From: Chrysomallon squamiferum
Lineage: Eukaryota; Animalia; Mollusca
Reading direction: 5' to 3'
NCBI GenBank assembly: GCA_012295275.1
Contig: CM022665.1
Location: forward strand, 48,422,001-48,486,000
DNA: 64,000 bases
Part shown: positions 45,850 through 61,242 of the stretch, one piece after another
Layout: each line of letters begins with the position of its first letter
Position numbering within the stretch: position 1 is the stretch's first letter
Notes under the pieces: generated by a model
The model's input: the letters and a program-made list of their open reading frames with translations, nothing else
Database searches by the model: none
Told to the model about the DNA's origin: nothing
Position numbers and translations under genes: made by a program

Positions 45850-48800
45850 AGAGATATACAGATATAGATACCTGGACACACACACACATACAGACAGCAG
45901 CCACCCATTCATATTCACACCCGCACCCACATTTACTGATAAACACAAACATATAAACCCACACTCATACCTACACCCCCCACACACACATCCACACTCA
46001 TCATTCACACTGACACACACACATACACACACAACACTCAAACACATATACACACAGACACATAAACTCACACACATATACCCAAACACATACAAACACA
46101 AACTCACACACACACACACAAACTCTCAAATATTAATTATATCAAATTAACTGTTCTGCTAAGTACATCTCATCCTAAACGATGCTTTGAGTACAAAATG
46201 TGTCTCAGAATTATAATTTTCTGTCCATTTTCACAAAAACAAACTTTCTTTGCAATAACAAAATTATTTCATCAGCTACATAATCTTGTTTCACACCCAG
46301 ACTCAACTTATTAATATTTAATAAACACAGACATTTTTCAAACAAGGAAACACAAGATTTAAAATACAGGTGAATTAATTAAGAGGTGATTCAGGTACAG
46401 AGAGATAGAATATACACAAATATGACATTACTAGCAAGCAGACAGATAATAGAGACATAAGTCATACAGGTACAGATTAAATAAGTGAAGATTATACAGG
46501 TACAGATTAATTAGATACAGGTAGAATGATAATTAAACTGAGGTAACATAAGTAGAAATGTTTCAGGTAACATAGGTACAGATGATACAGGTAAGACAGT
46601 GTAAGTACAGGTAATGATGATATAAACATAAAATACAGGTACAACAATGCAGATAAGACAATATAATTAAAGGTAATGATAATATAAACATAAAAAACAG
46701 GTAAAACAGTATAAGTAGCGGTATTGATGACATAAACATAAAATACAGGTAAGATAAGACAATGCAATATGCAGATACAGGTAAGATACAATATGAAGTA
46801 CAGGTACAGGTAACATTAACACACACAGTGCTATCAATTAGCTGACATCAAAGAGAAAAGATTTTTCTGTTTTTCTGGTAACAAATCAGACTGAAACTGC
46901 TACAAGACACTGAGACATGATACAAGACACTGAGACATTTTCAATCTATTTACATACAGATGTGTTGTGTGTGCCACAGAGACAGTGATGTATGACAGAA
47001 ACACAAACATAATGCTGGACTAACAGACACAAATTTAGAAAGTTTATAGTGTAATCAGTGAATGTAAACAGCAATTTTAACATATCTTCTCTACCAGTTA
47101 GTGAAAATTTTGAATGGCTAAAATGTTTTTCATGAGACAGATGGTGAAAACTAAGACATTTTTATTTTTTATCTTGATGTTTAAAACAAGACAGAACACT
47201 AGGGTTGTCTGTACAGTGTTAGTATGTTAGTATGTTGTGGATATGACAGATTTAGTGATATAACAAATATAAAGGTATAACAAATATTATAAGTGCACAG
47301 GTGTAACATGTGGGACAGGCATGGTGGTATAAAAATATATGACTGATATACAAGAAAAAATATGACACATATACAGATGTAACATATGTAACAGATATAC
47401 AGATGTAACAAATATGACAAGAATGCACAGGTAATAAATGTGGCCTGTTGGTGTAAAAAAGAGAAGAGGTGATATACAGGTGCAACACGTGACAGAAATA
47501 TAGGCATCACACACATGACAGTTATTCAGATGTAACAAAAATTAGGTGTAACAAATATGACAGGTATACAGTATAACAAAAATTACAGGTATAAGTGTAA
47601 CAAACGTGACAGGTGTATAGTGTAACAAAAATTACAGATTTAAGTGTAACAAACATAACAGATGTACAGGTGTAACAAACGTGCCGGGTGTAACAAATGA
47701 GACAAGTGTACAGATTTAACAAATGTGACAGGTATGACAGGTGTAACAGGTGTGACAGGTGTAACAAATGTGCCGGGTGTAACAAATGAGACAAGTGTAC
47801 AGATTTAACAAATGTGACAGGTGTAACAAATGTGCCAGGTGTAACAAATGTGCCGGGTGTAACAAATGAGACAAGTGTACAGATTTAACAAATGTAACAG
47901 GTATACAGGTGTAACAGGTATACAGGTGTACAGGTGACAGGTGTAACAGGTGTAACAGGTGTGACAGGTGTAAACTGGTACCTTTCTCTAGAGAGGTGAG
48001 GACATGAGACTTGCTGTCTGCGGTGGCGCTGGACACTGAGGTGAACTGGTAGTGACGTTCCTGAGTCACTGGTGAGTTCGGTGAGCCTGGCTCCGAGCTG
48101 AAACATCAACAACAACAACATCATCAACCACAGCAACAACTTTCTACAAGCTCTACATACTGCTTACTCCACTGAGAGTTCAAATCTAAGTTAAGAACTG
48201 TTTTATACTGCTGATTATTTTTCTAAGTCATCTAATACACACAGTTATTATACCTCATATAATATTTTAAATATTAAATATCTGTTGCATATTGTAGCCT
48301 GGTATATTATTTCATTATATGCGAACTGTTATATATATTTAATAGCATTGTATTCAAACTTTTATGCATATTTAATAACTGGAGTAATTTTAAATTGCAG
48401 TTTAAGTAAAAAATGCATAAAAGATAGCAGACAGACAGAAAGACAGACAGACAGACAAAAAGTCGATGTATGAATATTTGATGGAAAAAAGCTGGTATTT
48501 TTAAAAAAATAAAACAAAGAAGCAAAATTTTAAGAAATAAAATAAAAATAGTTAAATCAATCCTCCACTTCAATCATTTAGTAATTAAAAAAACAAAAAA
48601 AAATTTAAATTAAAAAATTAAAAATTAAAAATAAAAACAGCATTTTGTTCAGTTATTTGCAAACACAAGCTGGCACTGACTTATGTTAAAATGAGCTGAA
48701 AAAAAAAAATTATGCCTACACCAAATGTTGAAATGTTTTTGTGGAAATGTTAAAAATAATTAAATGAAATATTTAAATGACTGTGAAATGAATAAATGTA

Positions 48801-50282
48801 CATGTGTTGTTTTAATAAAATTTAATTCCACATATCACACATCTGTGTAATTAAATTGTATTAAAACAACACATGTACAGACACACATACAGACACACGT
48901 ACAGACACAAAGACACACATACAGACACGTACAGACACACATAGACACATAGACACACGTACAGACACACGTACAGACACACATATAGACACATGTACAG
49001 ACACACATACAGACACATGTACAGACACATGTACAGATGGTGGTTACAGCTCTGAACATGAAGGAATGTATTTTTCTTAGGAGGATCATAAACAGACATC
49101 CTTGAAAATTCACAAACAGCTGAGACACAACTAAATACAACATCCTGAATTTCTATCTACAACATGAGTCATGTGACATATAAAGTGTAACAGCTACTGC
49201 ACTGGTCATGTGACATGTGTAAAGGGTAACAGCTACTGCACTGGTCATGTAACACATATAAAGTGTAACAGCTACTGCACTGGTCATGTGACATAAAGTG
49301 TAACAGCTACTGCACTGGTCATGTGACGTGTAAAGGGTAACACAACTACAACACAGGTCATGTAACACATAAAGTGTAACAGCTACTGCACTGGTCATGT
49401 GACATGTGTAAAGGGTAACAGCTACTGCACTGGTCATGTGACATGTGTAAAGGGTAACACAACTACAACACAGGTCATGTAACACATAAAGTGTAACAGC
49501 TACTGCACAGGTCATGTGACATGTGTAAAGGGTAACAGCTACTGCACAGTTCATGTAACACATAAAGTGTAACAGCTACTGCACTGGTCATGTGACATGT
49601 GTAAAGGGTAACACAACTACAACACAGGTCATGTAACACATAAAGTGTAACAGCTACTGCACTGGTCATGTGACATGTGTAAAGGGTAACAGCTACTGCA
49701 CTGGTCATGTGACATGTGTAAAGGGTAACACAACTACAACACAGGTCATGTAACACATAAAGTGTAACAGCTACTCACAGGTCATGACACATATAAGGTT
49801 TTCTACTGCACAGTTCATGTAACACATAAAGTGTAACAGCTACTGTCATGTGACATGTGTAAAACACAACACACACAGGTCATGTAACACATAAAGTGTA
49901 ACAGCTACTGCACAGGTCATGTGACATGTGTAAAGGGTAACACAACTACAACACAGGTCATGTAACACATAAAGTGTAACAGCTACTGCACAGGTCATGT
50001 GACACATATAAGGTGTAACAGAACTACAGCATTTATCATGTGACATGTGTAAAGGGTAACAAAACTACAACACTGGTCATACAACCCAGTCTCTGTTAAT
50101 CATTGTTCTCTGATAAACTCACAGACATGAACTGTCATGAACAACACACACACACAGATTGACAAAATACACTAAAATTATCAGAAAGACCAATTTACAC
50201 CGAGTGTATATATATTATATATATATATATAATTTTTAACTTGGCTAATATCTCTCCACACACACACACACACACAAACACA

Positions 50283-50338
<56 letters not shown>

Positions 50339-52192
50339 GATGAAAAACAGAGATTTCTCTGCAAACAGGCAATCATATACTACACAGAGTTAATTTTCAA
50401 ATGGATTCTGCCGAGTCAGGTTTCAGATGATGCATACAGTGATATTTTCAATCCAGTGAAAACTTGTTAAACAAAACAACAGCACAAACAGTCAGCAGGG
50501 ATCAAAAACTAACAAGATTATCTGCAGAAATAAAGTCAGTATAGAACTTGTTTTAAATCTAGAATCATTTGTAATCTTATTTAGAATCTACAGTAATAAT
50601 GGGTTTTTCTTTAGAATTAATAGCCACACTATATATAACGTATAATAATGTTATACTGAACAAATAAAGATAGTGTTATCTAGAATCAATAATTATAATG
50701 TTATGTAACACAGTAACATAAGTAAACCTCAGTAATAATGTCTATGGCAAACAGAACTTAACAATAATGGACGTGTTAATAATGTTATCTACAAGGTAAT
50801 AGTGATATCTAGTAATGTTATCTACATGGTAATTCTCCTATCTAGTAACAATGTAACCTACATGGTAATAGCGTTATCTAGTAATAATATTATCTACATG
50901 GTAATAGTGATATCTAGTAATAATATTATCTACATGGTAATAGTGATATCTAGTAATAATATTATCTACATGGTAATAGTGATATCTAGTAATATTATCT
51001 ACACTGTAGTAGTGGTATCTAGTAATAATATTATCTACATGGTAATAGTGATATCTAGTAATAATGCTATCTACATGGTAATAGCGCTATCTAGTAAAAA
51101 TGTTTGAGATTGTTAGAAGATGTAAAACTGAACCCACAGAGAAAGCGTTGAACACAACAACAACAACAACAGCAACAGAGTTGTGTTTGCAAAGACACAA
51201 TTCAATCTGAACATCAAACAAACAAGTGCAGTGACTTGAGTAGGACTGTGTTATACCACTGACAACACCATGTAGGATACAGTGTTACAGGCAGGATATA
51301 CCATTATACCAGAGACAGGATATACCATTATACCAGACAGGATATGGTGTTACTACAAATGTAGGATACAGTGTTATAGACAGGATATACCATTATACCA
51401 GAGACAAGATATGGTGTTACTACAGATGTAGGATACAGTGTTACAGACAGGATATACCATTATACCAGAGACAGGATACTGAGCAAAAACAAAAGGGATA
51501 CATCTTTATACCAGGGATAGGATATGGTGCTATGACAAAGGCAGGATAAACTGCTATACCACAGACAGGATATCAGTAAGCAGGATACGAGCTGACACGA
51601 AACAAGGATACAACAATGAAACAACCCTGCTGTTGTTTCAACCCTGAACACACCTCAACCCATAACCAACACAGGGAACTTACACAACACGTGTGTACAC
51701 ACAAATAGGTTTTACAGACTGGGTCATTACACCTGTCACAGACAGTTTAGTACAAACGTGTGTGTGTCTGTGTGTGTGTGTGTGTTTTCTGTCTCTCTAT
51801 TTTTCAAACCTTTATTTCAGATTTTGAACTGATTTTTTTTTTTTTTTTTTTACATGTCATTTTGTACTCATTTCTTCCAAACTCTTTTGCTATCTTATTC
51901 TGAAGTAATGTTAAAAAGTTATTTTTATATTTTAGTATCTGGACATCTTTTTTATATCCTTTAAACATAAATTTCAGACTTTTTTTTTTATTAATATTAT
52001 TATTTTTCAAATCTTGCATGAGGAAGGTAACTTTTTTTTTATATACATGAAATATTTTGATAAAATAAAACTCCTTTTTAATTTTGAATTGTTATAAAAC
52101 TGATTTTAATAACCAACAGAATTCATTTTTTTTTTTTTTATTTTCGTTTTTTCCATTATTCAGAAGATATATTGGTAATGAAAAAAAAAAAA

Positions 52193-52223
<31 letters not shown>

Positions 52224-52638
52224 AATAAATAACAAATAAATAAATAAACATATTAATTTATTTTATATTTTATATTTAATCTTTAAACCTATCAGTTTTG
52301 TGACAAGACTGTTTAAACATCTGGGACTGACAGAAGTGAGACGCACACACACACACACAGACACACCGACTGTCTGTCACTAAATGTCTGAGGACACAAC
52401 GAAGTGACACCTGTTGTTAGAGCCAGGTAGAGGAGGAGGGAGGAGATTCTCTGAACTTTCTGGTCGCTCAATTGGCAAGTTAGCTGGAAATCTAGTAAAA
52501 TACAAAAACACGAATAAAAACAAAAACATTTTTAAAAAAAAAAAAAAAAAAATTTTTTAAAAATGTCAATATTCATGTAATAAACATTTCAGTAGTTTTC
52601 TAATAAATAAAAGTCGTAATAGAAGTAAGATACTCTCA

Positions 52639-52671
<33 letters not shown>

Positions 52672-55043
52672 TAAAAGCCTTCAAAGCCACAATATCGACT
52701 CTTCCTCAGAGTAACTAAGTAAGGAATGGTTTATAAAAACATTCAAAATCATCAAGATGGAGATGAAGTAATTGTTGGTAAATTGTTGAATTGTTTCTAG
52801 TAACACCTGAACCCAGAAATAAAAACAATTTTATAAAAATAATAATCATAAAAATAAATAAAAAATAAATAAATAAATAAATAAAATTCCAAGAGAAACC
52901 ATCATTAAATCCATTCTCACAATAAAAAATTAATATATTACATGTTAATGTGAAATACCAAATATATTAATCTGTCACAGAACTGTGAGATACTGAGTAT
53001 GTTAATCTACCATTATACATTTCTGTGATATACTATCATGTTAATGTATAACTGCATACCACTGTGAGATACAATAAAAAAATTAACATATTACATGTTA
53101 CTATGAAATACTAAGTATATTAATCTGTAACAGAACTGTGAGATACTGAGCATGTTAATCTACTATTACACAGAACTGTGAGATACTGAGCATGTTAATC
53201 TACTATTACACAGAACTGTGAGTTACTGAGCATGTTAATCTACTATTACACAGAACTGTGAGATACTGAGCATGTTAATCTACTATTACACAGAACTGTG
53301 AGATACTGAGCATGTTAATCTACTATTACACAGAACTGTGAGATACTGAGCATGTTAATCTACTAAGACACAGAACTGTGAGATACTGAGCATGTTAATC
53401 TACTATGACACAGAACTGTGAGATACTGAGCATGTTAATCTACTATGACACAGAACTGTGAGATACTGAGCATGTTAATCTACTATTACACAGAACTGTG
53501 AGATACTGAGCATGTTAATCTACTATTACACAGAACTGTGAGATACTGAGCATGTTAATCTACTATGACACAGAACTGTGAGATACTGAGCATGTTAATC
53601 TACTATTACACAGAACTGTGAGTTACTGAGCATATTAATCTACTATTACACAGAACTGTGAGTTACTGAGCATGTTAATCTACTATTACACAGAACTGTG
53701 AGTTACTGAGCATATTAATCTACTATTACACAGAACTGTGAGATACGGAGCATGTTAATCTACTATTACACAGAACTGTGAGATACTGAGCATGTTAATC
53801 TACTATTACACAGAACTGTGACATACTGAGCATATTAATCTACTATCACACAGAACTGTGATACTGAGCATGTTGAGCATGTTAATCTACTATTACACAG
53901 AACTGTGAGATACTGAGCATGTTGAGCATGTTAATCTACTATTACACAGAACTGTGACATACTGAGCATATTAATCTACTATCACACAGAACTGTGAGAT
54001 ACTGAGCATGTTGAGCATGTTAATCTATTACATAGCACTGTGAGATACTGAGCATATTAATCTACTATCACACAGAACTGTGAGATACTGAGCATGTTAA
54101 TCTACTATTACACAGAACTGTGAGATACTGAGCATGTTAATCTACAGCTGCATACCAGTGTTATTTACACACTGACAGGTAAACGACTGTTATTAACTAA
54201 CAAAATGAAAATGACAGAGATAATCCAAGCTGACTGTACTCTTCCAATTACTTAAACCAGACAAAGTTTCTACTCTCAGATTAACTTAAATGTTAATCTC
54301 TTTAAACGTAGCAGAAATTTAATTAATTTTTTTTTTCTAAAAGCGAGCTTGCTGAAAAGTGACATTTTGTTTGATACATGACCTCCCTGACAAACTGTCA
54401 CGTTCATTATGAAGTTCATGAGCTAAAATTATTCTACTTTTTTATTTAATCCTTTTTTTTTTTTTTTTTTTTTGTCTGTAAGAATATGATTAAATTATTT
54501 ATTTATTTATTTATTATTAATAATTTTATTTTTTAATTTTTATTTTTAAGGGGGAGCTTTTTAAAAGACTAGTAAAACCATTAGTTTAAAAAAAAGAGTA
54601 TCTTTCTTTCTATTTATCCATCTATCTATCTATCTCTAGCAAATGTTTGGTGGGTGATTACTACACTATGCTCTGTCTGAAAATCTATCTATCTGTTATT
54701 TATATATATGAATACAAAATATAAAATAAATATTAAAAATTTGATACATGCATTATGAAATAATTGAATATGAAAATGTGTGTATTGAAATTTAATCTTT
54801 CTACTTCTAAACAACATCACTTTTAACACAATCAGCTCTAGGAATCAACTCTCTGAACTGACAAACTGTACAATGCTGTATTGACTGGTTCTCCCTTTCA
54901 CACTGTTAAAACAACACACAAAATACCATCCTGCACTGTGAAATCTCACATCTGAAATATCTTTTACCATCGTGTAGTGAAATGAGACAGATCAAAGTTA
55001 ATATTTTAAATCTTGCAAAAAAAAAACCCGATCTAAATAAACA

Positions 55044-55077
<34 letters not shown>

Positions 55078-55791
55078 TAATAATAATCAAATAATAATTA
55101 TAATAATAATAATAATAAAATAAAATAATAATAATAATAATAATAATAATAACTAATAATCAAATAATAATTATAATAATAATAATAATAAACAAATAAC
55201 AATAATAATAATAATAATAAACAAAATAATAATAATAATAATAATAATATAATAATAATAAATATTACTTCTCTTAAAAAATAAAGATTAAAATATTTAA
55301 AAACTGTGGTCATTCTTTCAATAAAACTTCAACAAACAGTTTAAATATTTTGTTTAAAAAGAATGTAAAACTGCAGTTAAACATTCTTTCATGATAAATT
55401 CAGTTTGAATGTCTTCAGAAGACAACATCACTGACATTTGTCACAATCTTACAGGGAGAAAAACGTCTTTGTTTATTCAGTGCAAATTTTATTGATTTAC
55501 TTCAAGTTTCACTTACATACCTTATTTTTTCCTTTTATTGTTTCTTATTATCCTTTAAACTTTATTTTATTTTTAGAAGTGTATTTGTACATTGAGGAAG
55601 AGTAAAACAGTTTTATGAATTCTGTCAAACTGTCAGGTTCAATCTTATACAATTTTTAAACGTGACTCTTACCATTTTAACATGTTCATCATTACGTTTA
55701 TTTTATTATAACATGTTTATATTTTAGTTTGTTAGTTTACACTGTAAAGCATCCTTGAACCTATTTAGTATGGAAAAGATGCTGTATAAAT

Positions 55792-55827
<36 letters not shown>

Positions 55828-57317
55828 GTAATAATAATAATAATAACAGTAATAATAATAACAGTAATAATAATAATATGTAATTGTAATAATAACTAAT
55901 AATAATATTAATAACAGTAACCATAATAACAATGATGATAATAATAATAAAAAATAATAATAATAGCAACAATAACAATAACAATAAAAATAACAAAAAT
56001 AACAAATACTTTAACATTACAAAAAACTAACTCTGATCACTACAGAACAGCACACACCAGACATTTACAACATCTCTCTCTCACAGATCTGTGTTTGATT
56101 TCCGAAACAAAAAACACAACACAAGTGAACTAAACCCAATACTTGTTTCACTTCTGAGACAAAACACAACACAAGTGAACTAAACCCAGTACTTGTTTCA
56201 TTTCCGAGACAAAAAACATAACACAAGTGAACTAAACCCAGTACTTGTTTCACTTCTAAGACAAAATACAACACAAGTGAACTAAACCCAGTACTTGTTT
56301 CACTTCTCAGACAAAAAACACAACACAAGTGAACTAAACCCAGTACTTGTTTCATTTCCTAGACAAACACAACACAAGTGAACTAAACCCAGTACTTGTT
56401 TCATTTCTGAGACAAAAAAACACAACACAAGTGAATTAAACCCAGTACTTGTTTCATTTCTGAGACAAAACACAAGTGAACTAAACCCAGTACTTGTTTC
56501 ATTTCTGAGACAAAAAACACAACACAAGTGAACTAAACCCAGCACTTGTTTCACTTCTCAGACAAAAAAACACAACACAAGTGAACTAAACCCAGTACTT
56601 GTTTCATTTCTGAAACAAAAAACAACACAAGTGAACTAAACCCAGTACTTGTTTCATTTCTGAGACAAAAAAACACAACACAAGTGAACTAAACCCAGTA
56701 CTTGTTTCACTTCTAAGACAAACACAACACAAGTGAACTAAACCCAGTATTTGTTTCATTTCTGAGACAAAAAACACAACACAAGTGAACTAAACCCAGT
56801 ACTTGTTTCATTTCTGAGACAAAACACAACACAAGTGAACTAAACCCAGTACTTGTTTCACTTCTGAGACAAAAAACACAACACAAGTGAACTAAACCCA
56901 GTACTTGTTTCACTTCTCAGACAAAAAACACAACACAAGTGAACTAAACCCAGTACTTGTTTCATTTCTGAGACAAAAAACACAACACAAGTGAACTGAA
57001 CCCAGTACTTGTTTCACTTCAAGTTGTGTGTAAGACTAACTGGATGAGGAGAGAAACCTGCTGGTTGTCACTGTTTTCAACACCAGACCGACACTGTACA
57101 TTTACAGTGATTAGCTTCGTGGTAATCTCTGCTTTTAAACTTCTCCCTGCAGACTGCAGATCAATATTTCTTAAATCCTTCAGCCACTTTGTGTTGTGTT
57201 GTGTCTCTCCCCGTGGAATACAACTCGAATAAACCAGCGGAGAAAATGAACCTCTGTATGTAACCAGCAAGTTTGTTAAGTGTTTTATTAAAAAATGTTG
57301 GGTTTTTTTTTTTTGTT

Positions 57318-57356
<39 letters not shown>

Positions 57357-60098
57357 TTATTATTATTATTATTATTTTTTTAAAATGATGTGGAAAAAAC
57401 CCAGTAAATTTGTCATATATTTTATAAATTTTAAATTTTTTTTTTTTAATTTTTTTTTAATTTTTTTTTTTTTTTTTTAAATGACATAGAAAATAAACAT
57501 GTATAAATAACCAGTAACTTTGTTAAATATGTTATAATTTTTATAATTTTTTTTTTTTAAGTGACACAGAAAATATAAACCTATATAAATAACCACTCTA
57601 TTTGTCATGTATTTTTATTAAACAAAATTGGTTTAAATGGCATAGAAAATAAACCTGTATACGTAACCAGTAAGTTTAACAAACATTTTGTAAAATTTAA
57701 TTCCTTAAAACAGACACAGGGAAGACAAGATTCAAAGAAAGCCTGGCATCAGTACACTAGTGTCAGTTATGTATCTTCATTTTAAAAACATCAGTAAAAC
57801 AGCTCAGTGCTGCACACACTCAAACCCAAACCTCCCAAGATAAACAACAAAGTAAGGTGACAAAAAAACCAGTCTATCCCAAACACACTGAATCTCCAGA
57901 TATAAACAAGATGGTGTCATCCTGAAGTACAAACAGTCCATTTTTACATGTGTTAAGAATATTTGTTGATCCATTCACTTAGAACAAAACTTCTGAAGTT
58001 AAAGAAAATGTATATCATATTTAAGAACAAACAATCTCTTTTTACATCTGTTTGTTTAGAAGAAAACCTCTGCAATTAAAAATCATGTATCATTTTAAAG
58101 TAGAAACAATCTGTTTTTATGTGTGTTAAGCTTGTTGAATATTTACTCAGAACAAAACCACTGATGCTAAAGAATACCTCTGATGTTAAAGAAATTTCTC
58201 TTAACAAAAACAGTATTAATAATATCTAATGACTGTAGAATACTTAACACAGAAATGTAGTTTTATCATACAGAAATTTATTTATGTTTTGAGTTTATGA
58301 TAGAAATAGTTTTAAACATTAGCAATTTCTCTTCACAAGGACAGTATTAATAAAATGTGATGATTGCAGAATAGTTGACACAGAAATGTTTGTTTTCATT
58401 CAGAGATGTAAATAGAATCATATATTAGAAATTTCCTCACACAAATAGTATTAACATTATATGATGGTTGTAGAATACTTACAAAGTATTAATAATACTG
58501 TGAGTTTCATTAGCAAACATTTAATAATATGTAACCACTGAAAAAAACATTTAACTACATTTGTAGAGACAAATAGTATAAAATATGTGCTATGGAGAAT
58601 TGATCCCATGACATATGACATGATGATGTTTTTTCTGTTTTAATAATACTATGAATTTCTTAAGAAAACTTTTTATTCATATGTAACTATCCCAAAAAGA
58701 TAAGCTGCTAGTTGGAATGACAAACTGTACAAAATGTGTGCTATGGAGAACTGAACCTGTGATCTATGATATAATAATGATTCTGTGCGTTTATAAAACT
58801 GTGAATTTCTTTAACAAGCATTTACTCATGTATAAACCTTCACCCAAACATGAGCCACTAGCTGGAATGACAAAACAAAACAAAAAAAAGTGCTGGGCAG
58901 AACTGAATGCATGACCTATGACACGATTATATTTCTCTATGTGTTTATAATTCTACAAAAATGGCTGCCATTATATATGACCTATGTGCATTTTTTAAAT
59001 ATTACTATGAGAGTGGGTTAAGTGAACATTCCTCTACAAAATGGCTGCCATGATTCATGATCTGTGGGTTTTTTTAAGATACTATGAGACTGTGTTCTGT
59101 GGTTTTTTTTTAAGATACTATGAGACTGTGTTCTGTGGGGTTTTTAAGACTACAATGAGACTGTGTTATGAGAAAATTTGTCTAGGATGCAGTTTTGGTG
59201 TTGGAGAGACTAGTTTGAGATCTAGAGACAACTCTAAGATCTAGAGGTGACTCTAGTCTAAGATCTAGAGGTGACTCTAGTCTAAGATTTAGAGGTGACT
59301 CTAGTCTGAGATCTAGATATAAGTCTAGTCTAAGATCTAGATATAAGTCTAGTCTAAGATCTAGAGGTGACTCTAGTCTAAGATTTAGAGGCAACTCTAG
59401 TCTGAGATCTAGATATAAGTCTAGTCTGAGATCTAGATATAAGTCTAGTCTGAGATCTAGAGGCGAGTCTAGTCTAAGATTTAGAGGCAACTCTAGTCTA
59501 AGATCTAGAGGTAAATCTAGTCTGAGATCTAGAGTTAACTCTAGTCTAAGATCTAGAGACAACTCTAGACTGAGATCTAGAGACAACTCTAGTCTAAGAT
59601 CTAGATATAAGTCTAGTCTGAAATCTAGAGGAAACTCTAGTCTGAGATCTAGAGACAACTCTAGTCTGAGATCTAGATATGTCTAGTCTAAGATCTAGAT
59701 ATAAGTCTAGTCTGAGATCTAGATATAAGTCTAGCCTAAGATCTAGAGGTGAATGTCACTCAGTGTTAGCAGCAAGCACTAAGCTAGCGAGTGAGAGGAG
59801 GAGACAGCGAGATTTGAACCTGGGTCTGTCTCGCACACGTTTCTTAAAGCGACTCCGGTCGCAGTTCTTCTGCCGGTCTGAGTGCGAGTAGGAAATTTTC
59901 TTGTGTTTCTTCCTGTGTTAACAAAACAACATTAGAACCAGCAGACTCCATAGCAAGAAGCATCGTCTCATACTGATTTATAGCAAACACAAAAATATAA
60001 CATAAAAAACAAATAACAATATATATAAAAAAAAATCTAATAAAAATTTTTTTAAAAAATAATTAAAAAAAAAAATCTAATAAAAAATAAATAAATAA

Positions 60099-60134
<36 letters not shown>

Positions 60135-60172
60135 ATGCAAATACTAAAGAAAGAAAGAATAGAAATGAACAA

Positions 60173-60203
<31 letters not shown>

Positions 60204-60395
60204 CAGAAGAAAAGAAAAATAATATATATCTGAAAAATAGAAAAAGATCAAACTGTAACCAGCTGCTAAATTTTCTTACAATCTACTTGCTGAAAAGCTG
60301 AATAAGACCTTTACTAAGATTAATATGAACTCTACATTCTGAAGACCAATAATACTAGGATTAATATTACTATTACTAGTACTAGTAAACTACTA

Positions 60396-60482
<87 letters not shown>

Positions 60483-60494
60483 TAATAAAAATAA

Positions 60495-60544
<50 letters not shown>

Positions 60545-61204
60545 TAACAACAGAATACTTAATTTATTTGTATTCTAGACATAAATATATATCCAGAAAT
60601 TTTAAAAAGTATTTAGTTTGTAGATAGATGGGTAAGATTAACAAAAAATTCAATATTCATGAAAAATCAAAATGAAGATCTGAATTTGTTTTCTCCAAAA
60701 ATGCTTGTAGTAAAGGTTCAACTGTATTTCTTTTTGTAAAGTTTAATTTTAATAATTTTTAAATGTTGTTAATTATACAACTAATTTAAAATCACCATTA
60801 ATTATTAAAATTATTTTAAAATAGCCATAAATTATAAAAATTACTTTAACAAAAAATTTACTGTGATAAGGCATTAGTTATGCACAGAGTTTAAATTATA
60901 AAAATTAAAAATTTTCATTAATTATAAAATTTCAAAATAGCCATAAATAATAAGATTATGAAATAGTCATTAACTATAAAATTTCAAAACTGACATTATA
61001 AAAAATTATTTAAAATAGCAATTAATTCTAAAATGGTTGCGAAACACCCACTAATTTTACAGTTTAAAATAAACACTAATTATAAGAAATGATTTTCTAA
61101 CCATCCATTATTTATAAATGCTGACTCAAGGAATTAAAATTTCCTTTAAGCATTTATTGCTTATTATTAGAAAGATATAATTAAGTATTAATAAATAATA
61201 AATA

Positions 61205-61242
<38 letters not shown>

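Noticed and set aside
53060-54145. Regular 40-bp repeats as a possible CRISPR array (also the 42-bp and 52-bp arrays)
   Set aside because: The units are head-to-tail with no unique spacers, there are no cas genes, and the context is a eukaryotic intron.
59182-59658. 158-aa Leu-rich ORF (LDLRLESP)n resembling an LRR or zipper
   Set aside because: It is the translation of a 24-bp minisatellite, with no LRR consensus Asn and no splice or start support.
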